Positions 26,985-36,071 of a DNA stretch of 64,000 nucleotides are shown here, piece after piece. Every line of letters begins with the position of its first letter. The first letter of the stretch is position 1. The DNA is from Alphaproteobacteria bacterium. Its GTDB lineage: Bacteria > Pseudomonadota > Alphaproteobacteria > MPNO01. The translations under genes and the position numbers were made by a program. The stretch is from positions 2,656,001-2,720,000 of the forward strand of contig OZ219866.1 in the NCBI GenBank assembly GCA_964291675.2, written 5' to 3'. The notes beneath the pieces were generated by a model that ran no database searches, was not told where the DNA came from, and worked only from the letters and a program-made list of their open reading frames with translations.

Positions 26985-28343
26985 TCACGCCCTCCTGAAG
27001 CGCCAGCCGTACATCATGCGCCCGTAGAAGTTGAACCACCTGCGCGCCTCAGCGTCCTCGAACGGATAGTCGGCGCCGATCTGCCGCGCCGTCGCCAGGC
27101 CCGAGACGAAACAGGTCTCCTGGCTGTTGACCAGCGTGTGGGCGCCGCAATGCCAGCTTCGCCGCCGGCCCTGAACGAAGCGGAAGAGGTGGATCAGCAG
27201 GGCCACGTGACGCACGTCGTGCACGATGTGCTGGAACCACAAGCGCTTCACGATCTTGCTCTCGTCGATGCGGCTGACCGGGTTGTAGGTCACCAGGCAG
27301 GGCTTGTCGGACCGGTTCGCCCAGGGCTGCTGGTTGTGCATGATATAGGTGATTTCGTAGTTGTCCGGCCTGGCGCCGTATTGCTCGATGTGGTTGCTCC
27401 GGCTGGCGAGCGGCTTGACCTCATTGTCCGGCAGGACGGTGGCGTCGGAATGGACCACCGTGTGGTTGTGGAGCTCGCTCTCGTAGCGGATCGCCGACAG
27501 CAGCCAGCCCTCCAGCAGGGTCGGATCGTCCAGCATCATCAGCGTCTGGTTGGCGTTGCACGCGAAGACCACGTCGTCGAACGTCTCCGTCCCGCCGCGC
27601 TCGTCCTCCACGACCACCCCGGACGCGCGCCGGTAGACCTTGCGCACCGGCCGGCCGAGATAGATCCGGTCCCGGAAGTCCGCCGACATCGCCTCGTAAA
27701 TGCGCCGCGTGCCCCGCTCCCAGGTCTGCATCGGCGTCGCGGTCTCGATGTCGAAGAACTCCAGATACCGGGCGAACAGCGATGCCGGCATGTCGAACAC
27801 GTTGCTGGCCATCAGGAAGTTGACGAACATGGGCTTCAGCACCTGGTAGCGGAAATCGCCGGAGAACCTGCCGAGATTGAGCAGCATCCCCATGCTGACG
27901 TAGTTGAACGGGTTGAGGGCATTCAGCGCCCTGGACCGCGTCCGGTTGAGCCGGCCGAACCGCTTGAGCCGCTTCAGGAGCTTCTGGAATCTCTCGATTT
28001 CCGGCTGCAGCCGCCGCCTGATGTCGGAGTCGAAATCGTGCGCGTAGACGCCGCCGCGATACCTCACGCTGTAGCTGAACCTTGTGTCGATCAGCTCGAT
28101 TCCGTGCTGGCGCATGAACAGGACGATGTGGTGGTAGACGGAGGGAATGCAGGCGGTGACGGAGATGTCGAAGGGTATCGAGCTGCCGTCGTCCTGCTTC
28201 ATGTCGGCGGTGACCGCGTTGCCGCCGAGCCGGGGCTCTGCCTCGAACAGCCGGAAATCGAAGCGGTCGGGATGCCGGCCGAGCGCCCAGGCCACGCCCA
28301 GACCCGAGACCCCGCCGCCGATTATGGCGATCCGTCTCGGCAT
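26985..28343 (-). CDS. FAD-dependent oxidoreductase (COG2907-like NAD/FAD-binding, amine-oxidase fold)
   Basis: IAIIGGGVSGL, FEAEPRLGGNA, VHSD, LVTYNP, QGRRRSWHCGAH...SGLATA. Confidence 0.8.
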   Translation of the reverse strand: MPRRIAIIGGGVSGLGVAWALGRHPDRFDFRLFEAEPRLGGNAVTADMKQDDGSSIPFDISVTACIPSVYHHIVLFMRQHGIELIDTRFSYSVRYRGGVYAHDFDSDIRRRLQPEIERFQKLLKRLKRFGRLNRTRSRALNALNPFNYVSMGMLLNLGRFSGDFRYQVLKPMFVNFLMASNVFDMPASLFARYLEFFDIETATPMQTWERGTRRIYEAMSADFRDRIYLGRPVRKVYRRASGVVVEDERGGTETFDDVVFACNANQTLMMLDDPTLLEGWLLSAIRYESELHNHTVVHSDATVLPDNEVKPLASRSNHIEQYGARPDNYEITYIMHNQQPWANRSDKPCLVTYNPVSRIDESKIVKRLWFQHIVHDVRHVALLIHLFRFVQGRRRSWHCGAHTLVNSQETCFVSGLATARQIGADYPFEDAEARRWFNFYGRMMYGWRFRRA

Positions 28344-28362
28344 CGCCGGGCCCGGCCCGGCT

Positions 28363-29184
28363 CTAGCGCACCCGCTTCAGCGCCGTCCGGGTGAAGTCGC
28401 CGAGGTCGAGGTCGGTGCCGAACTCGTAATCCGACCAGTTCAGCACGGTGCTCTTGCCCGTGAGATGGTTGCTCATGGTGATCTTGCTCGCGCGCCAGAA
28501 CCGGTCGAGATATCTCTTGTAATCCTCGACCGCCATGGTCTTGAGATGTGCGCCCCGGCGGTCGAAGAACTGGATCCGGATGCTGCGAAGCTCCTTCTTG
28601 TCGAGCCAGACCAGTTGCCGGGAATATCCCGAATCCTTGCTGAGCGGGATGCGCTCCAGGACGCTGCACCGGAGGTCGCCGCAGGCCTCGTCGCGCAGCA
28701 GGCGGTGCTTGAATTTCTCGACCTCGACGGCGCCCATGTCCTCGTAGGAGAACTCGCTGCCCATGAAGGAGCCGGACTGCTTCGACGAGCTGATGCGCTT
28801 GACCCGTTTCAGGGCGGGAAGATAGAGCCACTGCTCGTCCGGCCTGTCCTTGTGGGCGTGAACCAGGAACCCGGTCCCCCTGACATCGCGCGGGCGGTCG
28901 AACACGAAGATGGTGCGGTCGCCGTCGCCCTCGACCTCGATGGTCTTCAGGCGGATCTGACGGCGGCTTTCCTGCCCCCGCTTGGTGCGCAACACCATGG
29001 TGAGGTTGGCGGTGAAATTGCCGAAACCCTTCTGGCGCTGGCGGGATTCGGTGGCGAGCTTGCGGCCGGCTTCCTCGGCGCTGCTGTCCGCCCGGACGGA
29101 TGCCGGCTCGGCCGTCCAGGCGAAGACGGCGGCCAGGATGCCGCACCAGAGCGGCATCGGGTGGGGGAGCGAGGCGCGAGTCAC
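28363..29184 (-). CDS. Outer-membrane lipoprotein-sorting (LolA-like) periplasmic protein
   Basis: Signal peptide; FDRPRDVRGTGFL, QWLYLPALKRVKRI, SFMGSEFSYED. Confidence 0.88.
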   Translation of the reverse strand: MTRASLPHPMPLWCGILAAVFAWTAEPASVRADSSAEEAGRKLATESRQRQKGFGNFTANLTMVLRTKRGQESRRQIRLKTIEVEGDGDRTIFVFDRPRDVRGTGFLVHAHKDRPDEQWLYLPALKRVKRISSSKQSGSFMGSEFSYEDMGAVEVEKFKHRLLRDEACGDLRCSVLERIPLSKDSGYSRQLVWLDKKELRSIRIQFFDRRGAHLKTMAVEDYKRYLDRFWRASKITMSNHLTGKSTVLNWSDYEFGTDLDLGDFTRTALKRVR

Positions 29185-29281
29185 CGGTTCCTCCTGTCGG
29201 TCGCCTTCACCGCAAGCTCTTCGCGCATGCTAGCACGAATCCCGACCGGCCCGGCCTGCGGCATCCTGTCATACGCCCTGT

Positions 29282-31609
29282 CTACTCGGCCTCGCGCCGC
29301 AGCCGTTCCCTGATCTGCGCGCCGGTCTCCCGGGCGCCGTCGAGCGCCATCAGGAGCGGCGGCAGAAGCAGGAAATCCGCCAGCAATGCGACGATGACGG
29401 TTATGCCCACCAGCAGGCCGAGCGCCTGGTTGGTCGCCATCCCCGAGGTGCCGAACACCATGAAGCCGAGCGCGAACACGACGGTGGTCGCGAACAGCGC
29501 CCTGCCCACCGTGCGAAAGGCGGATTGCACCGATTCGGAAGGCAACAGCCCGCGCTTCCTCCCCTCGACGTATTTGGTCATGAAGTGGATCGTGTCGTCG
29601 ACGATGATGCCGAAGGCGATCGCCGTGACCACCGAGGCCGCGACACCGACCTCGCCCACCGCATACCCCCACAGGCCCATCGCCATGGCGGCGGGGACGA
29701 AATTGGGGATCAGGGTGATCAGGCCGAGACGCACGCTCCTGAACATGAACAGCAGCAGCAGCGAGACGATGGCCATGGCGGTGACGGTGCCGATCAGCAT
29801 GCCCTCGATGTTGCGCTGGATCGAACGCGCGCCGACCACGGCCACGCCGCTGGCCCGGGTCGCCATCTCGGGGGCGTTCTGCCGGAACCAGTCCTGCGCG
29901 CGCTCGTCGAGCGCGATCTTCTCGCTGGTCGACAGGCTCTTGAGCACCACCGTCAGCCGGGTCGACGACCGGTCCACGTCGATCAGGTTGTTGAGGTCGC
30001 GGCCGACCGGCAAAGAGAGCTCGTAGAGCAGCAGATACTGCGCGGCGAGATCGGAGCTCTCCGGAATCCTGTAGAACGCCGGATCGTCGCCATGCAGGTT
30101 CTTGTTCAGGCGCTTCAGGATGTCGGCGATGCCGAACACGTGGGCGATTTCCGGCTGCGAGCGGAACCACTCGGACAGCGCATCGACCTTGCCGAGATAC
30201 CCGACATCGGTGATGCCGCCCTCCCGCCCGGCGCCGAGCGAGTATTCGTAGGTCTCCACGCCGGTAAAATTCTTGCTGATGAAATCGGTGGACCGGCGGA
30301 ACTCGTAGCTCTCGTCGAGCAGCTCCAGCCAGTTCTCCTTGAGCTCGATCCGCGAGATGCCGGCGATCAGCACCACCACCAGCACGCTGAAGGAGATCAG
30401 CAGCGTCGTGTGGCGGGAGACCACGAACCGCCCCAGAAGGTCGAAGAAATCGGATCCGCCCGCGCGCGGCTTCCGGGCGCGCATCGGCAGGATCGACAGG
30501 AGCACCGGCAGCAGGGTCGCCGAATAGACGAAGGCGCAGAGCGCGCCGAACGCCACCATGTTGCCCATCACCTTGAACGGCGGCATCTCCGCAAAGTTCA
30601 GACTGAGGAAGCCGATCGCCGTGGTCAGCGAAGTCAGGAAGACGGGCCACAGATTGACGCGCAGCGAATGGACGACCGCCTGCCGGCGGTCCATGCCCTC
30701 GCGCAAGCCCGCGAACATGCCCTCGATCACGTGGACGGAATGCGCGACGGTGACCGCCATCAGGACGAACATCGCCGCCGCGCTCTCGCCGAACAGCTTC
30801 ATCCCGGTCCAGCCGACGAACCCCAGCGCCGACAGGATGACCGCGACCATCATCGCGACGATCGCCACGGTCCCCCAGATCGAGCGCAGCAGGATCACGG
30901 CGACGACCAGCATCGTCGCGAGGGCGATGGGGGCGAGCACCGCCATCTCGCCGTCGATGGCATCGCGCATCGCCCGGTTGAGCACGATCTCGCCGGTCAG
31001 GTGGTAGTCGACATTCGAGAACTTCTCGCGCGCCTCGACGGCGGTGTCGTAGAGGAAGTCGGTGACCTCGAGCTTTCCCTGCTCGCGGTTCTCGGGAAGC
31101 GCGACGCTGACCACCAGCCCGGCGACGCGGCCGTCGCGCGAGACGAAGCGCCCGGCGACCTCCCGGGTGGCGAGAGCGATGCGCTCGATTCGTTCGATGT
31201 CCTGGTCGCTGAGCGAGCCGGCCTCGTCGATGAGCGGTTCGACGACCAGCTCGTCCTCGCGGCCTTCGCTGTGGGTGTAGTTGGCGATCGAATCGACGCG
31301 GGTGACGTAGGGCGTCCGCCACAGCCGCTCGGTCAGGTCCTCGATGGCGACCAGGGTCTCCCGCGTGAAGATGGTGCCGCTCTTCGGCGCCACCGCGACC
31401 AGCGCGCCGTCGGAGAGCGCGTAGGTGTCCTCCAGCCGCTCCAGTGCGACGATATGCGGGTCGTCCTTGCCGAAGTGATTCCGCACGTCGACATCGACCG
31501 CGACGATCCGCCCGGCCCCCGCCGCGAGGCCGGCCATGAAGAGCAGGGAGAGCAGCATGGTCAGCCATCGCCGACCCATCACGAGCGCGACAAACGATTC
31601 CAGATTCAT
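29282..31609 (-). CDS. MMPL / RND-family lipid transporter
   Basis: Two repeats of TM bundle plus periplasmic loop; LTSLTTAIGFLSL, GIIVDDTIHF, LLLPPLL. Confidence 0.9.
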   Translation of the reverse strand: MNLESFVALVMGRRWLTMLLSLLFMAGLAAGAGRIVAVDVDVRNHFGKDDPHIVALERLEDTYALSDGALVAVAPKSGTIFTRETLVAIEDLTERLWRTPYVTRVDSIANYTHSEGREDELVVEPLIDEAGSLSDQDIERIERIALATREVAGRFVSRDGRVAGLVVSVALPENREQGKLEVTDFLYDTAVEAREKFSNVDYHLTGEIVLNRAMRDAIDGEMAVLAPIALATMLVVAVILLRSIWGTVAIVAMMVAVILSALGFVGWTGMKLFGESAAAMFVLMAVTVAHSVHVIEGMFAGLREGMDRRQAVVHSLRVNLWPVFLTSLTTAIGFLSLNFAEMPPFKVMGNMVAFGALCAFVYSATLLPVLLSILPMRARKPRAGGSDFFDLLGRFVVSRHTTLLISFSVLVVVLIAGISRIELKENWLELLDESYEFRRSTDFISKNFTGVETYEYSLGAGREGGITDVGYLGKVDALSEWFRSQPEIAHVFGIADILKRLNKNLHGDDPAFYRIPESSDLAAQYLLLYELSLPVGRDLNNLIDVDRSSTRLTVVLKSLSTSEKIALDERAQDWFRQNAPEMATRASGVAVVGARSIQRNIEGMLIGTVTAMAIVSLLLLFMFRSVRLGLITLIPNFVPAAMAMGLWGYAVGEVGVAASVVTAIAFGIIVDDTIHFMTKYVEGRKRGLLPSESVQSAFRTVGRALFATTVVFALGFMVFGTSGMATNQALGLLVGITVIVALLADFLLLPPLLMALDGARETGAQIRERLRREAE

Positions 31610-31856
31610 GCGGAATTACCGGCCGGTGAGCAGGTCCCGAGCATAGCATCTCGCAGTCGCTCCGACACCGGCATTCCCCACTCCACCCGCGACACCGTGT
31701 CTCTCGCCGTCCGCTGGCCGACACCGACCGCCATCGGCTATGATGCCGGACGAGAGCCTCGCTCGCCTTGGCCCGCTGGGCACCGTCACGATGCGGAGGG
31801 CGGTTCGATGCCCCGACCACAGATGCCGTCGCGCGATCCGCGCTGACCGAATCCCC

Positions 31857-32951
31857 GTGGAACCGCCTCGACAGGGGCGCGGATCCCCGCGGGACGCGAC
31901 CGGGGATCGCCGCGCGGGCGACGGCAACGCCGTTCTCTACCCGTTTCCCGAGGGGTGGTATTTCGTCGCCGACCGCCGCGCGCTGGCGAAGCGGAATCCG
32001 CTTCAGAGGCAGTGGCTCGGGGAGGATATCGTCGTCTGGTCCGACGACGGGGGAGCGGTCTGCGCGGCCCGCGCGGTGTGCCCCCATCTCGGCGCCTCCC
32101 TGGGTCCTGCGGCCGGCGGGCGGGTGCGCGACGGTCGCCTCGTGTGCCCGTTTCACGGCTTCGCCTACGACGCCCGCGGCGCGTGCGTCGCCACGCCCTT
32201 CGGCCCGCCGCCGCCTGCGGCGAAGCTGGAGGTGTTCGAGACGCGGGTGATCTCCGGCCTGGTCTTCGCCTGGTGGGGCATCGACGGGCGTCCGCCGCGA
32301 TGGCGCCTTCCCGAGGACCCGCCGGAAGGCGACGGGTGGGGCGGGAAGGAGATCCGCACCATCCGGTTTCCCGGCCACCCGCAGGAGACCACGGAGAACT
32401 CGGTGGACCTCGGCCATCTGCGCTACGTGCACGGCTACGACGCGGTCAAGCCGGTCGGCGAGACCGCGGTGGAGGGCGCGTATCTCCTGACCCGCTTCGA
32501 TTTCAGGCGCCGCCGCCGGATCGCCGGGTTCACCGACCTGATCTACGACATCTCGGCGACCGCCCATATCCATGGGCTGGGCTATTCGTTCGTCGAGGTC
32601 GTCGAGCGCACGATCGGCATGCACTCCCGCCTCTGGGTGCTGGCCACACCGGTCGACGGCCGGCTCATCGACATGGTCCTGGTCTCGCAGCTGCGCGAGC
32701 TGCGCGAGCCCAGGCGCCCGATCTCCGGTCTCGGTTTCCTGCCGGTGAAGCTGCGCACCCGGCTGATGAACAGGATTCTGATGTCCTCGCAGGTAAGGGA
32801 CGTTCGACAGGACGTGACGATCTGGGAAAACAAGCGATACCGGCCGCGGCCGAGCCTGTCCCGTTCCGACGGCGAGATCGGCAGGTACCGGCGCTATTGC
32901 AGGCAGTTCTATCCGTGCGGCCGCGCCGGCGGCGTGCGGGGAGAAGATTGA
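31857..32951 (+). CDS. Rieske non-heme iron oxygenase, Neverland/DAF-36/KshA/PrnD-like
   Basis: FPEGWY, CPHLGA...CPFHG Rieske ligands, ENSVDLGHLRYVH iron site, QDVTIWENKRY...DGEIGRYRRYCRQFY; start uncertain. Confidence 0.85.
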   Translation: MEPPRQGRGSPRDATGDRRAGDGNAVLYPFPEGWYFVADRRALAKRNPLQRQWLGEDIVVWSDDGGAVCAARAVCPHLGASLGPAAGGRVRDGRLVCPFHGFAYDARGACVATPFGPPPPAAKLEVFETRVISGLVFAWWGIDGRPPRWRLPEDPPEGDGWGGKEIRTIRFPGHPQETTENSVDLGHLRYVHGYDAVKPVGETAVEGAYLLTRFDFRRRRRIAGFTDLIYDISATAHIHGLGYSFVEVVERTIGMHSRLWVLATPVDGRLIDMVLVSQLRELREPRRPISGLGFLPVKLRTRLMNRILMSSQVRDVRQDVTIWENKRYRPRPSLSRSDGEIGRYRRYCRQFYPCGRAGGVRGED

Positions 32952-33014
32952 GGGGAAGCCGCGCGGGCGGCACGACGATTTCTATGCTCGGCGCATTCGA
33001 AGGAGATCTCGGCC

Positions 33015-34172
33015 ATGGGTGAAATCACGCTCGGCGTGGAAGAGGAGTTGATGATCGTCGATCCGCGCACGCGCGACGTGGTCGCCGACCCCGACGAGGG
33101 GATCATGGTCCGGGCCGTCGAGCTGGCCGGCGAGCACAAGGTGGTCAGCGAGTTCATGCGTTCGCAGATCGAAACCAATTCCCGGGTGTGCGGCTCGGTC
33201 GCCGAGGTCGAACAGAGCCTCAGGGAGACGCGGCGCTGCGCCATCGACGCCACGCGCGAGCACGGCGCCCGGGTGATCGCGTCCTCGACCCATCCCTGGG
33301 CCCGGTGGCAGGAACAGCAGGTGACGCAGAAGGAGCGCTACCAGCGCGCCGAGATCGATTTCCAGGACAGCGTGCGGCAGTTCTTCATCGGCGGGATGCA
33401 CATCCATGCCGGGTTCGACGGCGACGACCGCAGGATCGAGGTGATGTACGCGCTGCGCGGCTATCTGGCCCTGTTCCTCGTGCTCTCCTGCTCGTCGCCC
33501 TTCCATGGCGGCCGGCTGACCGGGCTCAAATCCTACCGCCAGATGGCGATCGGCGCGCTGCCGCGCACCGGGACGCCGCCGGCGATGCGCACGCGGTCCG
33601 ACTACGACGCCGTGGTGGCGCGTTACAAGTCGATCGAGGCGATCGAGGACGGCAGCGAGCTGCGCTGGGACATCCGCCCGTCGGCGAGCTACGCCACGAT
33701 CGAGCTCAGGATCTGCGACATCTGCCCCAGGATCGAGGAGGCCGTGGCCATCGCCGCCCTCTATGCCTGCCTGATCCGCAACCTGAACGCGCGGCTGGAT
33801 GCCGGAGAGCGGCTGGCGGAGATTCCGCCGGAATCGGTCGAAGAGGGGCGCTGGATCGCGCAGCGCTACGGTACCTTCGCCTTCCTGCCCTACCCGGACG
33901 GGCGAGGCGGCCGGGTCGATGTTGCCGATTTCGCGGGCGAGCTCGTGGCCGCGCTCGGCGACGATGCGCGGGCGCTCGGCTGCGAGTCGGCGCTCGCGCG
34001 GGTCGAACGAATCGTTGCTCTCGGCAACAGCGCCGACCGGCAGGAGGACGTCTACCGGCAGGCGATGCTGGACGGGGCGGACAGCGCGGAGGCGCTGCGC
34101 GCGGTGGTCGATTCGGTGATCGCCGAGACCGAGCGCGGAGTCGCGTCCGCCGACGCAGCGGCGTCCGGGTGA
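33015..34172 (+). CDS. Carboxylate-amine ligase YbdK / glutamate-cysteine ligase family 2
   Basis: TLGVEEE, QIET, STHP, GMHIHAG, SSPF, WDIRPS, TIELRICD. Confidence 0.9.
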   Translation: MGEITLGVEEELMIVDPRTRDVVADPDEGIMVRAVELAGEHKVVSEFMRSQIETNSRVCGSVAEVEQSLRETRRCAIDATREHGARVIASSTHPWARWQEQQVTQKERYQRAEIDFQDSVRQFFIGGMHIHAGFDGDDRRIEVMYALRGYLALFLVLSCSSPFHGGRLTGLKSYRQMAIGALPRTGTPPAMRTRSDYDAVVARYKSIEAIEDGSELRWDIRPSASYATIELRICDICPRIEEAVAIAALYACLIRNLNARLDAGERLAEIPPESVEEGRWIAQRYGTFAFLPYPDGRGGRVDVADFAGELVAALGDDARALGCESALARVERIVALGNSADRQEDVYRQAMLDGADSAEALRAVVDSVIAETERGVASADAAASG

Positions 34173-34205
34173 CGGCCCAATGCGGGATCGAGTGCGGACA
34201 AGCCC

Positions 34206-35063
34206 ATGAACCAAGACATGAACGGAAAAACCTGCCTGATCACCGGCGCCAACGCGGGAATCGGAAAGGCGGCGGCGCTCGGCCTCGCGCGGCTGGGCGC
34301 GACGGTGGTGCTGCTCTGCCGAAGCGAGGCCCGCGGCCGCGCGGCCGTGGCGGAGATCGAACGCCGCAGCGGCAGCCGCGCGCTCCATCTGCTGGTCGCC
34401 GACCTCGCCTCGCAGCCCGAGATCCGCCGCGTGGCGGCGGAGTACCTAGAACGCTTCGAGCGTCTCGACGTGCTGGTCAACAACGCGGCCGTGCTCGCCT
34501 GGCAGGAGCGCCGGCTCAGCGAGGACGGGCTGGAGCTCACCTTCGCTGTCAACCACCTGGCGCCGTTCCTGCTGACCGGGCTGTTGCTCGACCGGCTCAA
34601 GGCGAGCGCGCCTTCCCGCATCGTCACCGTGGCCTCGGGCGCGCACCGGAGAGCCCCGCTCGATTTCGACGACTTGCAGAACGAGCGCGACTACTCGCCG
34701 TTCGACGCCTATTGCCGGTCCAAGCTGGCCAATGTGTACTTCACCTACGAGCTCGCGCGCCGCCTCGAAGGGACCGGGGTGACGGCCAACTGCCTGCACC
34801 CGGGCGTGGTCTCGACGGCCCTGTTCCGCGACATGAGATGGTGGCAGCGGATCGCCATCTGGCTCGGCCGCCCGTTCCTCCTGACGCCGGCGCGCGGCGC
34901 CGACACGGCGGTCTATCTCGCCGCCTCGGGCGATGTCGCCGGCGTCACGGGAAAGTATTTCGAGAAGCGCGAGGCGGTCCGGTCCTCGCCCGTCTCCTAC
35001 GATGCCGAGCACGCGCGGCGCCTGTGGGAGGCGAGCGAGGCGTTGACGGAGGCCCGGGACTAG
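34206..35063 (+). CDS. Short-chain dehydrogenase, retinol-dehydrogenase-like subfamily
   Basis: TGANAGIG, DLAS, LVNNAA, AVNHLAPFLLT, YCRSK (YxxxK), LHPGVV. Confidence 0.92.
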   Translation: MNQDMNGKTCLITGANAGIGKAAALGLARLGATVVLLCRSEARGRAAVAEIERRSGSRALHLLVADLASQPEIRRVAAEYLERFERLDVLVNNAAVLAWQERRLSEDGLELTFAVNHLAPFLLTGLLLDRLKASAPSRIVTVASGAHRRAPLDFDDLQNERDYSPFDAYCRSKLANVYFTYELARRLEGTGVTANCLHPGVVSTALFRDMRWWQRIAIWLGRPFLLTPARGADTAVYLAASGDVAGVTGKYFEKREAVRSSPVSYDAEHARRLWEASEALTEARD

Positions 35064-35455
35064 CCTGCACCCGTCCGCGAGCCGGTTCGCCGCGCGAGCC
35101 ACCATGCGACCCAAACCGGCAGGCTCAGCGCGGCCGCCGCGACGGCGATGGCGACGGGTCCGAGCAGGCCGGCGAAGAGCCCGGCCGCCACGGTGAGCGC
35201 GCCGAGCCCGACACCCGCCGCCCAGGCGGATCTCCGGTAGCCCCGCCGCCACAGCGCGCGGCAGGCGAGCGCGAGCGGCAGGCCGCAGGGCGCAACGACG
35301 GCGAGGCTCCCCGCCGACATGAGCAACGTGGCCAGCCACAAGCCCGGCTCGGCCGGTGGCCCGAAGCGGAGCAGGGCGGAGGCGACGATGCCGGCCGGCA
35401 GCCACAGCAGGGCGAGCGGCCAGAACCCGTATCGCCCGGCGATCCCCGGTCTCAC
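35060..35455 (-). CDS. Small hypothetical membrane protein (about 4 TM)
   Basis: Hydrophobic ORF directly downstream of dps. Confidence 0.55.
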   Translation of the reverse strand: MRPGIAGRYGFWPLALLWLPAGIVASALLRFGPPAEPGLWLATLLMSAGSLAVVAPCGLPLALACRALWRRGYRRSAWAAGVGLGALTVAAGLFAGLLGPVAIAVAAAALSLPVWVAWWLARRTGSRTGAG

Positions 35456-35467
35456 GCCATCCCCCGG

Positions 35468-35962
35468 TCAGCGGTCGGCCTGGGCGTGCGCCTCCACCAG
35501 CCACAGGTTCTTGTCGATGTCCCGCGAGACGCCGACGAACATGTCTTCGGTATCGGCGTCGCCGATCTCCGCCGCCTCGGCGATCGCCCGGCGCACCTGC
35601 TTGGCGAACGCGGCGAGCGCCGTGCTCACCGCCTCGACGTGGTCGGCGCCGGCTCGAATCTCCAGGGGAAATTCGGGCAGCGTCGAGGCGGACGCCGCCA
35701 CCGCGGCCGTGCCGTGCGCGGTCCCGCCGAGCGCCGTGATCCGCTCCGCCATGTCATCGACATGGATCTGCACGGCGCCGTGGACGGTATCGAACAGTTC
35801 GTGCAGCGCGATGAAGCCGGGGCCCTTCACGTTCCAATGGGCCTGTTTCATCTGGCTCGACAGATCGACGCCATCGGCCAGCCTTGCGTTGAGCAGGTCG
35901 ATCGCCGCCGCGCGCAAATTGTCGGGGATGTCGATCTTCGTCCGGTGCAATGTCTGGGGCAT
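35468..35962 (-). CDS. dps: DNA starvation/stationary phase protection protein Dps
   Basis: KQAHWNVKGPGFIALHELFD, DDMAERITALGG, DKNLWLVEAH. Confidence 0.95.
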   Translation of the reverse strand: MPQTLHRTKIDIPDNLRAAAIDLLNARLADGVDLSSQMKQAHWNVKGPGFIALHELFDTVHGAVQIHVDDMAERITALGGTAHGTAAVAASASTLPEFPLEIRAGADHVEAVSTALAAFAKQVRRAIAEAAEIGDADTEDMFVGVSRDIDKNLWLVEAHAQADR

Positions 35963-36071
35963 GCTGAGCCTGCTACTTCCTTTAGAACGATTCCAAATGT
36001 GGTGTTTCGCGCGACGAATTCAAGAGCGGGGAGGCTCGCGTCTCCAGCCAGCCGTCCGCAAACCCGTCCGT

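Noticed and set aside
29181-32624. 1147-aa ORF on the minus strand, and similar long ORFs (40308-43391 +, 33188-36103 +, 35319-37694 +)
   Set aside because: Arg/Ala/Gly-rich shadow frames overlapping well-supported genes; expected at this GC content.
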